In this document: positions 13,028 to 27,230 of the stretch, piece by piece | Position numbering within the stretch: position 1 is the first letter of the stretch | How the letters are laid out: the number at the start of each line of letters is the position of its first letter | Origin: Eledone cirrhosa | Taxonomy: Eukaryota | Direction of reading: 5' to 3' | DNA length: 64,000 nucleotides | Assembly: GCA_964016885.1 (NCBI GenBank) | Contig: OZ024741.1 | Location: forward strand, 361,026,001 to 361,090,000 | Made by a program: the position numbers and the translations under genes | The notes under the pieces: generated by a model | Databases searched by the model: none | What the model was told of the DNA's origin: nothing | What the model saw: the letters and a program-made list of their open reading frames with translations, nothing else

Positions 13028-15189
13028 CCATACCGAATATCATTCCATTTACATTTCTCTTTGATTGAATTCTGTTAATTTTTTATTTACTGTACATAGG
13101 CAGGATAGCTAAAGGGTTAAAGTAACTAACTATTGATCTAGAGATTATAAGAAAACCTTTACAGCTGATGTTATTTCATTTCCTTTGATGAAATCTGATT
13201 GTTTTCTCAAACCCTTTTCATGTCAACCAGCCTTCAACCACCCAGGAATTATGATACAAAACTGTTCATTTTAAAATGTTTATACTAATATTGAAACCTT
13301 TCAGTATAATTTTAAGAAATTTTTGTTAAGTAATGTTTTAACTATCTTATTAACCCTTTAGCATTTACATTACTCTATTTATACTATTGTATTTTCGTGG
13401 TAAAGGCTTTATCTCGCATAATTAGGAATGAGATTTTGAGAACATCTTAACATCAATGAGAGTAGCTGGTTACAGCCAATTTGAACAGTGAGAGAATTCT
13501 GGCTGGTTAAATGAAGTTAATTATTTTATTAAATTCTTCTAATTTAATTGAAGTATACAGGCAGTGTCTTTCATTAGAAATATGGTAACAAAAGGGTTAA
13601 ACGATGTCAATCAAAATTTTCTTTGCTCCGAAAAACCATTTCCACATAAACATAGTAGATTTATCTTGTATGCCGAGTTCAAGTCCTGATTTTTTTACGT
13701 CCCTTAGATAAAATGTGCACTCTAAAGAAGTTGGTATTAAGAAGGGCATCCAGCTGTATAAATCATGACAAATGAATGGTTAAGAGGACTCTTTAGTTGT
13801 GTGTAGGACATGACAGCCTTTCTAGTGCTGGTGCCATGATAAAATACACCCAGTACACTGTAATGTGGTTAATGTTAGGGCATCCAGCTGTAGAGATCAT
13901 ATCAAAATGGAACAAATCTGAGCAAGATGCAGTCTCCTGTCCCTTCTAGGAGGACAGTAATTCCAATTAAGTACTGACTTGGTCTGTAACAACCCATCCA
14001 ACCCTTGCCAGCATGGAAAAGCAGACATAATATAATTTTACACGTTTGTGAATAAGCTTCAGAGAGATTTGAGTATTGCATATCTTATACATATTCTGTT
14101 AAATCCAGTACATATCATAACTAACATTTTTCTATCTCATAAATCTAAAAATTGCTTTAGTAGAAGAGTATGATAAAATTGGGGCCATTATCATTAAAAC
14201 ACCCAATGCATGATAGGACTGGGGCCCTTATTAAAACACCCAAGAAACCTATGAGATGCAAGCTAAGAGGGTGGCTAAATTTAGACAGATGTGAGGCATA
14301 ATAAAGATGTCCAGAGTCAATAGATTGCCAGACATGCTTTGTAGTATTTCATCTGGTCCTTTGTGATCTGAGTTCAAACTCTGCTAAAGATGTAAAAAAA
14401 AAAACACTTTAGAGAATAAACAGTTTAACTTTTAAACAATTAGTTTCTCCACTGTGTCTCAAAGAACATAAAGAAGCTGACAGATGTTATCAATACAAAC
14501 TTCCATTAAAAAAACTCCCAAAAACAAGCTATACAAAGGAAATAACTAAACTCGTATTTAGTTTCACTTACTGTGATTGAAAAAGAAAGTTTTGTTTTGT
14601 TTTGTTTTTATACTGTCATAGAATCATGTCCTCCAACTAATAAAATCTTCCTTGTGAAAATATTATACTCTTCGTTGATTCAATGAAGTGAAATGCGCTC
14701 ACTTTAAACTGATATGTGCCCACTTAAAATTACATATGTAGAATAGCACACTTCGTGGAGTTATGCCCCTTTAATTACTAAATGTAACTTGGCAATGTAC
14801 TGGGTTATCTCCCTTACTTCATTTTTCACATCTTGTGACTTTTTAAAAACCATTAATCCGGCAAACTTGGGACTAGACAAATTAATCTTTTTGTTACCAC
14901 ATTTTTAATGAAATTCACCGCTTATGATTTTCAAAGTACTTTGAAAATAATCAAGAATTTAGATAAATTTAGTCGTATAACTAACTTTCTCATTAAGCTG
15001 GCATTTCAAATGTAATTTATCAAAATTGTGAGCACTTTAAGACATGGCTGTTTCAGGCAGTTGGTATCAAAAGGGTTAAGTATAGGGTAAAAATGACAAA
15101 TTATGCATATATTGTACTATATTATTAATACTGATTCAACTTACATAGGTATTAGTTTAGCTCATGCCTATTTGACATCTATTATTATG

Positions 15190-15376
15190 TGGATTGGCAG
15201 TATCGGTAGAGGGCCGGACGCCATGCTTTGACACATAGTTACGGCCCTTGCCATTCTGAGTTCAAATCCTGCCGAGGTTAACTTTGCCTTTCATCCTTAC
15301 GGGGTCGATAAAATAAAGTACCAGTAATGCACTGGGATAATTGCTGGCCTTGTGCCAAAAGTAGAAACAATTATTA
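15190..15376 (+). mobile_element. tRNA-derived SINE family 1 (about 185 bp)
   Basis: A-box-like TGGCAGTATCGG, B-box GAGTTCAAATCC, core GCCTTTCATCCTTACGGGGTCGATAAA and (ATT)n tail. Copies at 52-205, 5112-5220(-), 24690-24876, 26903-27095(-), 36135-36320(-), 39365-39550, 39568-39730, 43219-43407, 45220-45335(-) and 59561-59598(-). Confidence 0.9.
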
Positions 15377-15419
15377 CATAAAAATAATGAATAAAATCAA
15401 TTATTTAGTAAAAGATGCA

Positions 15420-16455
15420 TAAGTCATGAAAGAAGAGCTTTATTTGAGACTCTTATTCATCCACCATTAGCATTGATGACTGCTTCAATACGAAGTCTGA
15501 CACGTTGACATGGTTGAATCAGATGATCTCTATCTTTTTTGGAAATTGTGCTAGTTATGACTGACTTCAGATAATTTATAGTGTTATGGGGCCGTTAAAT
15601 GACCTTGATCTCGATTATGCCCCATACACTAGTCCAATGGATTCAGGTCTGGTGAGGTACGAGGCCATTTGTTTGGGGTGATATGATTATGGAGATTGTA
15701 ACTCATCCATTTTTGGGTCGTCTTGACCTTATGAGACACCAGAGTCTTGTTGGTAGATGTATGATCTTCCTTTGCTCATGCTCTTTATCCAAGGCTGCTC
15801 AACACCTTATAGTCAGCAGCATTGACCCCTTAGCCTTTAGGAGAGAAGTGACATCTCCCTCGCTGCTCATCACTCCTAGAAGCACCATAGTTGTCAGGAA
15901 CTTTATGTGTATGACTGTTGGAATGTCTTTAAGGTCTCTGCAAAACCATCCTTTGACCTTTTGGTCCTGATCAAAGTTATTCTCAGAGAAAAACCAAATC
16001 ATTCCAAGCTCTTGATGTTTCAGCTTGCCCAAGAAGTGTTTTGCACAGATCAGATGGTTACCTTTTGTCTTTATAGACATGAATTGTCCTCTCTGCATCA
16101 TATATGACTTGTATTGAAGGTCCTTATGCACAATTCTTCTGATAGGGTGCCTTGAAACCTTGAGCTCCTTTGTAATGGCACTAATTGACTTTCTGGGATT
16201 CTTATCGATAATTTTCTGCATCTTTTATATCAATTTGAGTGTTCTGATGGTATTAGAACAATTAGCAGGCATTGTACATTTGGCGACTGCTGCAGAATCC
16301 CTGTCAGCAGCTTCCAGCTTTTTGTGTTCTTTAACAACAAATGATCATGCAGCTTTCAGGAGGTGAACAATTTCTAAATCTCTATGCTCTGCTTTTAAGG
16401 CAATCATTGGACCATGCCTTTCCATTTGCTGAGTTAGCTTGATGTCTGTCATCAT
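15420..16455 (-). pseudogene. Tc1/mariner-superfamily (mariner/maT-like) transposase relic
   Basis: ORF 15799-16221 (NPRKSISAITKELKVS HTH, WFFSE..F, MVLLGVMSSEG) and a WPRTSPDLNPLD motif at about 15630-15668. Stops and frameshifts; no TIRs found. Confidence 0.85.
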
Positions 16456-16861
16456 TCATATGAAAAGAAATGATAATCAGAACAAGTTAGAAAAAAGTTA
16501 GAACTAGTAAAAGCTCATATCAATGTACAACTCTAGATTTTCTTTTTTTGCATTGACACCTTTTGAAAGAGAGTTAACACTTTTAATATCAAACTACCTG
16601 AAACCATCCCCATGTTCAGCTATATGTTTATCTAAAATCCTCCATCATAATTTTATGTAAGAACTTTTATGTTCAAAATACCATCTTAATAATAAGAAAG
16701 GTAGTTATATTTTTAAATTCTACTAATTTTAAAACTCTTTTCACAGTTAGTTGAAAATCATAAGCAGTGTTTTTCAATAGGAATAATGTAATGAAAGGGT
16801 TATCACATATTTACATGCTGCTGCTTTACCATAGCTTACACTTAACTCTTAGGAAGCATCT

Positions 16862-17073
16862 TTAACCCTTTAGCATTTACATTACTCTATATATACTATT
16901 GTATTTTCATGGTAAAGGCTTTATCTCGCATAATATTGAATCTATGAGATTTTGATATTAGTTTGAGAACAATACCTTAACGTCAGTATGAGTGGCTGGT
17001 TATGGCCAATTTGAACAGAAAGAGGTGAGAGAATTCTGGCCAGCTATGGCTAGTTTAAATGCTAAAGGGTTAA
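16862..17073. mobile_element. piggyBac-type MITE family 1 (about 210-230 bp)
   Basis: TTAA-CCCTTTAGCATTTA ... TAAATGCTAAAGGG-TTAA termini. Other copies at 1-300 (partial), 13350-13515, 26414-26640, 32700-32927, 33124-33350, 34130-34912, 38468-38676 and 45888-46118. Confidence 0.85.
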
Positions 17074-17964
17074 AGATAAAAACAATTACCTGTTCCTATA
17101 TAACAGCAGCAACCACTGTAAGTAAGCTGTAATGGACATAAAAACAATATGGGGCCCTGTTCAAGCAGTGATCATACAGGTTAATGACTGCCAGATTCAA
17201 ATCCCTGTCCTGAACCATTGAAGATGATTTAGTGAATCCCAGATTAGTGAGATTGATCCTGCAGTACCATATAACACTAATAAAGTTATGGATAAGCTGA
17301 CTGAGTCATTGTTTTTCATTTACTCTCAATATGCAATCCATTTGTACCCTATTTCTTTTTTCAGAATAGGCTCACTGTGGCTCTGTGAGGTCCAGAAAGG
17401 GCATCTGGCTGTAAAACATTGCCTCAAAAAGTCATTTTCAACCTATGCCAGCATAGAAAGGTGATAAAAAACTGATGATACTGGCGCAATTTTGATATAT
17501 TATAACATTTCAGTGTCAAGTGTGTGTGTTACCTTCATTGGTTCTGACGACAAGTGTTCCATTTATTTCATCAATGGGACACTCTACTCATAAATATAAC
17601 ATGCAAGTGGCTGAGCACTCCACAGACTGGTGTACCATCAGCATAATTCTCAGAGAAATTCATCATGATACAGTGTGTAACTTTGCTTTTCATCCTTACG
17701 GGATCGGTAAATTAAAGTACCAGTAATGTGCTGGGGTAATTGCTGGTCTTGTGCCAAAAGTAGAAACAATTATTAAGCTTGATATTAAATACAAATGCTG
17801 TTTAGTCTATCCTAGGTCAGTTCTGTTCCAGCAGGCCTATAATCAAAGGCATTCCAGTTGTGATCATCCTGTCTTTTTAGGGACTACATTATCTAATATA
17901 TAATTTCCTTTTCTTAAATACTGGAGTGGGATATAACTAGAAAGAAAGATTCCTTCCATACATT

Positions 17965-18722
17965 TCATCATCATCATTATCATCATTTAACGTCTATCTT
18001 CCACGCTAACATGGGTTAGACGGGAATTATCCCACTAGAGGCAAGATTGATCGAGTGACCGTGTCTCACTTGTAAGGACTGTATCTGACAGGTTTTCTAT
18101 GGCTGGATGCCCTTCCTAACATCAACCATATTTACAATGTGGACTGGGAGCCTTTTTACCTTGTTTCCTACACGACCACTTTACAGCGTGGACTGGGTGC
18201 TTTTTGTAGTGACACCTACACGACCACTTTAGTGTAGACTGTATGTTCTGTGGTACCAACATAACTTTACAGAGAAAGGGGTGAGTGGGAGGATGGGGTA
18301 GTGGGTTGGGGTGTATATTTGGTTAAGAGGTGTCTACTAACTGTAGGTTTAACTTTCTACGTAAGGGAAGGCAAGTCTTCTGTATTACTGCGTAGTGCCA
18401 AAGATCTCGATCCAGTGACATTGTCTTAGAGAGGTGTAAGGTCAGATTTTATCATGTCGTCCCAGGTTTTTCTGGGTCTACCTATGTAGCTTCCATCAAT
18501 TTTGATTGCCCTGCACTTTTTTATACAACTGTCGTCTTTCATGCACATCACATGACCATACCAACATAATCTCCTCTCAAGTAAACTGCATCTGATCCCT
18601 CTTATTCCTAATTTCTCACTTAGTTCGTTTATGCTTTGCCGTTCATGTATATTACTATTACACATCCAATGGAGCATGCATGCTTTGTTCCTTTCCAATC
18701 TGCACAGGTCCTCTGTACACAA
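17965..18722 (-). mobile_element. RTE subfamily B-like 3' fragment (older)
   Basis: ORF 18426-18722 is the RTE C-terminus, followed by 3' UTR and (GAT)n tail. Confidence 0.9.
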
Positions 18723-19766
18723 TTTATTTAAATGTTTATCCTGGACTCAAAACAAACCTTCAGACAAGTTGGTGTTTTTTTTATTTTTGGTTTTTCTTTA
18801 ACCCATGTCAGCTCTGATCCAGCAGACATATGATCAAAAGGCATTTCAGTCATGGTTATCCTATCTTTTTTTTTCAGATAATTTATCACAATTTCCAATA
18901 ACTTAAAAAAAAAATTTGTTAGGGTGTGATTTGAGTAAGATTTAGCTTCAATATGTCAGGATAAAGTCATTAAATCAGGACTCCCATCTAAACTGTATTT
19001 ACAGCCAGAAATGTCTTTTGTTAAATATTTGGAATGGAAATGACAATAAGATGATGTTTGAGAAAGGAAATTAAATTAAAATTCAAAATAAAGACAAGGA
19101 AGTCACATAATGGCTTCCATCAGATTTTTACATCCTTAAATGATGGTGCTTAAACTAGCAGGAAAAGCTACAGTATTTTCCCATGCTGATCTATAACCTT
19201 TTTGACACCAACCCACTTAAGACCTATTATTATTGGCATCTGTCGGTCTCGAAAGCCCATGGATTGCACCTGAAGAATTTTGTGTCAGCTGTTTGGTATA
19301 TTGATGTTTAAATTAAAACCTTTCATAATTATTTATGCATTCACCTTTTGTTAAATTATATTCTAAAATATCAGCTTAATCCTTCTGTTACAATATTTCT
19401 AATTGCTTATGGTTTTCAAATTATTTTGAAAACAATCAAGAATTTGGTGGGATTTAGTAATATATAACTAACTTTGTTGTTGAACCTTTAGCAGTGGAGA
19501 CTTCTAGCATTCTTGCCACCTTTCTACTCACTGCCCCCAGTGAGGAGTTAACCACAAGTAGGAGTGAGTCCTACAAGTTGGAATGGCTATTTCAATGCAT
19601 CTCTCTTGCTATCCTCTGGAGTAATGCTTTCTCCTTTCTGTCCACTGGGACCACAAGGCAGTTGTGCCTGGTTTCTGCATGCCAGAGAGCATTCTCTCAC
19701 AAGGTCTGGGCTTATATCATTGGGGTAGTGATGATATAGGTTGCTGATATCTATGTCATCTGTCAA

Positions 19767-19802
<36 letters not shown>

Positions 19803-21474
19803 CCTTTTCATTATTTAAGCTGGTGTTTGAAACATGACTTAACAAAATAGCTTACTTAAAATTATGATGGAAGGTTTTTAGATAAATATAAACCCTTTAA
19901 AATAGAAAAAAGTTTTATATCATAGCACAGTTTCATCAGTTTAGTATCAAAATAGTTAACGTTTTTTATACCAACCTACCTTAGATCATTTCTGTTGTAT
20001 TGATACAAGTCAGTCCATTTTTAAATTTTCATATTTAGATTAAACCCTTCTGTCATAATTTTATGTAAGTAGCTTATGTTGGCTTATATTCTAAAATGTC
20101 AGCTCTATAAAAATGAAGTTGGTCATTTTACTCAAACTCTCCAAATTCTTGATTATAGTAAAACTTATTTAGAGCATATAAAAAGAAAGGAGTCAATTGT
20201 CAGATTGGACCAAGGAAACTATTTCCATTGGTCTTTCTATTGCTGATACTATCTGCTGGTTACAACTCCTGGCAGAAAGAGGCAGGATTTGAACTCAGCA
20301 TGCAAATAGCCAGATCAGATATAGCAAAGCATCCCATCCAACTCATCAACAAATCTGCTAAGCCTTTACTCTGGGTCTAGTACCTTATTTATTGATCCTG
20401 AAAGGATGAAAAGCAAAGTTAACCTCAGCAGAATATGAACTCAGAATGCAGAAAGCCATAACAAATACTGATGTTCTAGTGATTCTGCTGATTTGCTGCC
20501 ATAAATCATACAGGCAGTGTATTTCTTTTCCAATCATTATCATGATCATGATCATGATCATCATTATCATTTTATGTCCACTTTTCCATGAAATGCTAAT
20601 AATCCAACCTGGACAAAGTGGGTTTATGATTAAAAATAAAATTGTTTTCATCACTTCACACTGGTTTCAAATAATCAATTATTAAAATACTTATGAAAAT
20701 AGGCTATTGTGAAACTTGTAAAATCAAGTAGAGTTTTTTCCTGTTAAGTTTTTAGCTATAACGATTATAGGAATGGTTATGTGAGAAAAAACATACATTT
20801 TATTATTTATCTCCAATAATTTTCCTGTTAACCTCAACTTGTCCCAATATTTTTTCATGATTCTTCCGCACTAGTCCTGAGTGCCAATGATATATGTACA
20901 CTACAAGCATTTCTATTCCTTACATCAGTCTCATCCTTTCAGGAACCACTTCAGTATTTTCCTGGTTTAAATGTTTTCCACTTATACAGTTCCATCCTTG
21001 TTTTCATCCTTCTAGAAATTTGTATTATGGGAATGTGGTTTATTTATCTTACAAGGCCTTCATTGTCGTGTTAGTTGTCTAAACAGTGTATTAGTGTTGC
21101 TAAATCATCCAATCAGAGCATTAGTGTAACAATGAATGAACTTGCCAGTGTTAAAGTATCACTATATATGTATATGAAATGGATTTTTTTTTTCAAGTTC
21201 ATACTCCCCTGCAGTGTCCCTACCTTCAATCCCATTACCCCCATAATTAATACTGCCTACATTATAGTGTCCCACCTCCACAAACACATATTTTCTCACT
21301 AGGATTCAATATTTATTCATCATCTTTTAACATCTGTGAGATGTGTGGTTCAATCCTCCTACCCCACAAGCATTTCTGTCCATTCCCCACCTCCCCCATC
21401 TTGAGAGGTAGTTTACCTGACTTATTTAACTATGATTTATAGTGTGGCTAATAAATATCTATATATACATATAT

Positions 21475-21670
21475 CAGACCTGTCAACTCTCCCTGTCCCA
21501 CGGGGAGATCTCCCACCCACTTTGGGGTGGGTGAGAGATGTCTTCTCTTGAGAAAATGGGTATAGCTTTCATTATGTAAAATCTCCCCAATTTTGCCTAA
21601 TTTCTCCCTGTTTTGGGACACTTTTTTTCATGGTACTCCCTGTTTGGATTTTTAGAGGTTGGCAGGTCTA
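21475..21670. mobile_element. hAT-type MITE
   Basis: Termini CAGACCTGTCAAC / GTTGGCAGGTCTA. Flanking 8-mers ACATATAT and ATATGTAT (6/8 match) fit an old 8-bp TSD. Confidence 0.65.
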
Positions 21671-21701
21671 ATATGTATATGTTATTTCTGTTTACTTTTT
21701 G

Positions 21702-21732
<31 letters not shown>

Positions 21733-21825
21733 ATATGTATTATTGATGCTCTGAACTAAAGTCCATTGAGCTTATTTAAAGCGAAACATGGTCATCAAAT
21801 ATATTAAATGTTTTGATACCGTAAC

Positions 21826-21856
<31 letters not shown>

Positions 21857-22214
21857 ATATATATATATATATATAGTAGTAATATGTAGAAGGTGAGTAA
21901 TATTGTAGAACAATAAAACTATGCATATATATAAGTAGCACTCAACAGTGGAGTATATATTAAAGAAGAAATTAAAAGATGGTTAAAAAAGTTCCATATA
22001 TTTTATATAGTAGTAATAGGTAGGTAAGAAAATATTATCTGCCCTTGGTTTGACTCTCCTCTCTTTCTTTTATGCCCCTTTGAGTAAACATTTTCTGGTT
22101 CTTTTTCATCGGCACAGGTTGAACAAGTTGGTCCTCAGGACCAACGAACATACATACCTGGTATGGTGCCATTGTAGTAACTGACCTTAATAATTATATA
22201 TATATTTATAGAAA

Positions 22215-22478
22215 ACATATAAAAATGAGAAAACTCATCACTAGAACAGTCATTAAAACAGCTAAATGCTGTCAAAGTCAGCAATGGGCAAACATGCCTC
22301 AGAGGACAGAGACCAGAGGCTAGTGGTCCACAGAGAGACAATCCACAGCATTAAGCTGTTTTAATGGCATTTAGCTGTTTTAACAGTATTTAGCTGTTTT
22401 AACAGCATTTAGCTGTTTTAACAGCATTTAGCTGTTTTAATGGCTGTTCTAGCGATGAGTTTTCTAATTCTTATATGT
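22215..22478. repeat. Inverted repeat of about 58 bp enclosing five 19-bp tandem units
   Basis: 22215-22272 is the reverse complement of 22421-22478. (CAGCATTTAGCTGTTTTAA)x5 at 22346-22440. Confidence 0.85.
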
Positions 22479-25400
22479 ATTTAATCAAATACACTTTTGC
22501 TTCATCTCGATCAGAAACAACATTGTTTTAAATATATATATGTGTGTGTGGATATATGTTTGAGTGTATGCTTTTGCAATGGTGTATGTTTAAACATCAC
22601 TATTCTTCTTGACCCACTATCACATACTCTCTCTCTCTCTCACACACACTCCCAATCACCAACAAACCAATAACTCTTTGTCCATTCGCCATAACTAATC
22701 ACCTCAGTATTTGACAGCCATGCCGGGTGCCATTGAGGCTTCCATTGTCATCTGTCCCCAAACTGATAAAAATCAGGAGGAGTACATCCTGCTTGAGGAA
22801 GGAGACCATGAGGTGGTATGGCTGATGCAGTAGATATTGCTGGCTGTTCTCTGTGGCAATGCTTTCATCATCTTGTCCATGAGGTGCAGCTGAGATATAT
22901 TGCCCATCCAAGGCTGTAGATTTTGCCCCTCCCCCTTTCCCTCTTTTTTTCTCTCTACCTGTTTATTATTTTAATCCCCTTTTTCCAGATACTTTCATTA
23001 TTGTATACTTCTGTTTGCTAAAAAAATCTGACTATCCTATTTCTTAAAAACGACTTTCAACAATTAACATTCTTCAGAGAATTCCATTACATAAACAACA
23101 GTGCTCAAAACACTATTGCAGTTGTATGAAGATGAAACTAACTGTCACTACCATCTATTGACAACCAAATCCCAGCTCCTAGTTTTCCGGTAGTGAGTTA
23201 CTGATGCCTTAAAACCAGTTGCTCCAGGTAGACAGAAGTTGTCAGCCTTGAGGGTCACTCTGTTTTCAAAACTGGAGTACTTTGTCATAATTATGATGAA
23301 CCATCTGTGTGCAGGAAGTCATAAATCTCCCTGGATAGTGTCAGACATGCAGTAAGTTCACTGGGAGTGAAGGACCCCGAGCTGTTGCTATAGAATACTT
23401 CTAAGAGAGAGAAACTCTGAAGTGAAACCTGCAGTTTACATAATTACTGATGATCTTGCTTAAGCTTGTCATCAATTAATGATCACTGGGACTTAGAGAA
23501 TGGTACTCATGTTTTACAAGCATTTGTCACTATAATCCGTAATGTACAGATGTCTCTTTTGCAATCTTCTCATATGTCATTCTATCTCTTCAGCCAATAC
23601 GGGCCAGGACTCTGAATTCCCCACATTCCTGTGCTGTGTTTTGTGTTGGAATGTTCCTGAGGGCAAGGACTTGGTCTTGCCTTTTGTTGCTGGATTGAAA
23701 AATCACCTCTTGACATATGGAAGGAATGATTGATTTGATGTTGAGACACCTATCAACTGATATGATGAAGCAATTATCATGTATGTATGTATGTATGTAT
23801 GTATGTATGTATGTATGTATGTATGTATGTATGTATGTGAGTATGTATGTATGTATGGATGGATGTATGTATGTGTATATATATTTTATTCAAATGACAC
23901 GCTGGGTGACTGTGACTTTGAAGTTTCATTGGTAGCAGCTTCTCTCTTTTCTCTCTCTCTCTCTCCCCTCTCTCTCTTTCTCATTCACACTCACATACAC
24001 ATTAATAAACATATAAGATTTATAATAATTATATATATTATAAATGTATATATATATGTTGGAGACAGTTGCTTCTGACAGGATCTGCTGGAAGGAGTGT
24101 TTGAAGACTCTTCCCCCACAACTCTCTCATGAAAAAGTGGGCGAAGAAGAAGATATATATGCGTGTGCGTGTGAGTGTGTATGTACATAAATAAATAAGT
24201 AAATAAATAAATAAATATATATACATATGGTCCTTAAAAGACAAAAATATTAACTATAACATCTCTTGGAGGAAGGTTTGCAATGTCTTTCCTTACCAGA
24301 ATTCTTTCCTATCCAGAACATGTAATCTCTGCCTAGCCGAGAAATTTACCATTATATCTAATTTTAATTCTATAATAAATAGACGTACGGATTTATTTTC
24401 GCTCTGCTTGCATAAATCCCATAGGACTTTCCATAAAGTATACAGCTAATATCTCAATACCTAATTAGTTTAAAATCTTCTTTTCTCAAATGTTTTTATA
24501 TCTTTTACAAATATACCCATCTTTCTACCTTATTTCACTATATTATATTATACAATTTACTCATTCTATGTCATTAGCGGTCGCCTATCTTTCTTCTTTT
24601 TATCCTTTTTCCTTTCTTCCTTTTTTCTTTTTTAATTTCTAATCTTTAATCAGTAACTTTTACTTCTCAATTACTTCTTAATTCATATTGTGGATTGGCA
24701 GTATCAGTAGAGGGTCGGACGCCATGCTTTCCAGCATAGTTACTCCCTTTACGATCTGAGTTCAAATCCCGCCGAGGTTGACTTTGCCTTTCATCCTTAC
24801 GGGGTCGATAAAATAAAGTACCAGTAATGCACTGGGTAATTGCTGGCCTTGTGCCTAAAGTAGAGACAATTATTACTCACTATAGCATTTTCCATTTTTC
24901 CTTATATTCTTGTCCATACAAACTATATTTTTTTAATATATAATAATATTACCATTAGTAAATTTTTGTAAACATATATACTTTTTGACGTTATATATAT
25001 TTTTTTCTCCTTAAATTTTCTTCTTTCTTCTCTTCTTCCGTGCTCGTATTAAACCTATTATTTACTTTTACATATTACAATACATAAAAACAAACTTAAA
25101 CCCTAACTAATTCCTCTAAGTTCATAATTCATTTAATCTCTCCTTTCACATTATATCCTTAATATCCTTAATATTTTTATTTTAATAATATATATTAATA
25201 AATTCTTTTTTTCGCACATATTATTAAACCCTTCAATATATAAACCTTAAATAAATACTATTCTTAATTCCTTTTTCTTTAATCATAAACATCACCATTC
25301 ATAAACCTCATTAACTTTTAATTTCAAAATTTTTTAAAATTATCTATTATCTTTCAACGGTTTTTTAATTTCTCTCTGTGAGACAATGTTTTCTCAGTTG

Positions 25401-25629
25401 TAAAGGCTATTTCTCTCTCTCTATCACTCATTTCTCCTCCTCTCTCATCCTTCCTTCTTATACTCCTCCCCCGTCATCCTTTATTTTCTTTCTTCCTCTT
25501 CCTTACCTTTTCCTACCCACCCCCCTCCTTTTTTCCCAATCTCATATATCCATCTTACTTTATTTTTCATATGTTGATTTAACACTTCACTGCTCGCAAG
25601 TGTTTTTTAAGCTTCATATCATGTCTCCC

Positions 25630-25700
25630 TATTTTATCTGATGAGAACGCAAATATCATCCCATGATGATATTTGTTTTTGAAATGCACATAATAAAATA
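25630..25700 (+). ncRNA. Type I minimal hammerhead ribozyme motif
   Basis: Stem I TATTTTAT/ATAAAATA, core CTGATGA, 16-bp stem II (one mismatch), GAAA, short stem III ATG-CA-CAT, AUA cleavage triplet. Confidence 0.75.
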
Positions 25701-25774
25701 CTTGGAACTCTTTTAACCATCTTTTGATTTTATATTATGTATATATATATGTATATATATATATATGGTATATA

Positions 25775-25858
<84 letters not shown>

Positions 25859-26762
25859 AAAATCAGTTCCCGTATGAGCAAGACAAGGTCAGCCGACCGG
25901 ACACTGCCCACAAGAGGACAACCCGTCTAACCCATGCTAGCATGGAAGAACGGACGTAAAACGGTGATAATGATGATGATGATGATATATATATATGTAT
26001 ATGTATATATATATGTATATATATATGTATATATATATATTTATAAGATGATAATATATGATGATAAGGAGTAGAAGAAGGATGATGATGACATTATAAA
26101 ATGTCAGTGACAAATCAACACAGTGAAAAAGTGAAACATTGCGTTATGTTAATAAAATAATTTATTTGGAGATATTTACAGTGTAGAAGTTTTTTCTTTT
26201 CGTTTTTTTTTTGTTGATCCTTTTTTTTTTTCAACTTCTCATATCACAGACTGGAATTTGATGCTTTTAAAGATTTGATAATATATTTTATGAAATAGCA
26301 TTTTATAAATATGTCAGTTAGTCATAAATTTATTAATATAAATATGTTTTATCCAGTTGCCTACACATAATGTATGTATCAATTGTATGTTATGTGCATA
26401 GATTAAGTTATTCAACCCTTTAGCATTTAAACCAGCCATATCCGGCCAGAATTCTCTCACCTCTTTCTGTTTAAACCAGCCATAACCAGCTGCTCATATT
26501 TATGTTAAGGTATTGTTCTCAAAATAAATAATATAAAATCTCATAGATTCGATATTATGTGTGATAATTATGTGAAATAAAGCTTTTACCATGAAAAATA
26601 CAATAATAAATAGAGAGTAATGTAAATGCTAAAGGGTTAAATTTAACCTTATTTGCTTTGTCTATTACACACACACACAACACAACACACAACACAACAC
26701 AACACAACACAACACAACACAACACATTTGATTATTTATGTGTAAAGTAACAGAGATGAGAG

Positions 26763-27230
26763 TATAATATAATATTTTATAAATGGTTTTCCCTATTATA
26801 TATATCATGATGATGATGTTGTATATATTAGGGTAAAGGGTAAAGACCCTCTTCGGTTATGAATGACCATGATGATGATGATGATGATATATATAGTATA
26901 ATGTAATTGTTTCTACTTTTGGCACAAGGCCAGCAATTACCCCAGTGCATTACTGGTACTTTATTTTATCGACCCCGTAAGGATGAAAGGCAAAGTTAAC
27001 CTCGGCGGGATTTGAACTCAGAATGGCAAGGGCCATAACTCTATGCGTCAAAGCATGGTGTCCGACCCTCTACCGATACTGCCAATCCACCGCCCTATAA
27101 TATATTTTGTAAACGGTTTACCCTATTATATATATCATGATGATGATGATGATATATATATACTAGGGTAAAGGGTAAAGACCCCCTTTGGTCATGAATG
27201 ACCATGATAATGATGATGATGATATATATA
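26763..27230. repeat. Tandem duplication of about 135 bp with a SINE at the junction
   Basis: 26763-26895 and 27096-27230 share (GAT)n and GGGTAAAGGGTAAAGACCC..GGTCATGAATGACCATG. Confidence 0.8.

Noticed and set aside
21740-21800. Hammerhead-like CTGA..TGA-GCTT..AAGC-GAAAC-ATG-GTC-ATCAA
   Set aside because: The core is split by about 12 extra nt and stem I is offset by 3 nt; suggestive but not supportable.
22699-23757. Possible additional host exons
   Set aside because: Stops in all frames; resembles decayed RTE pieces and an old copy of the headless retroposon.
24230-25360. Possible decayed L1/Tx1-type ORF on the minus strand
   Set aside because: Too degraded to give a reliable motif by eye.
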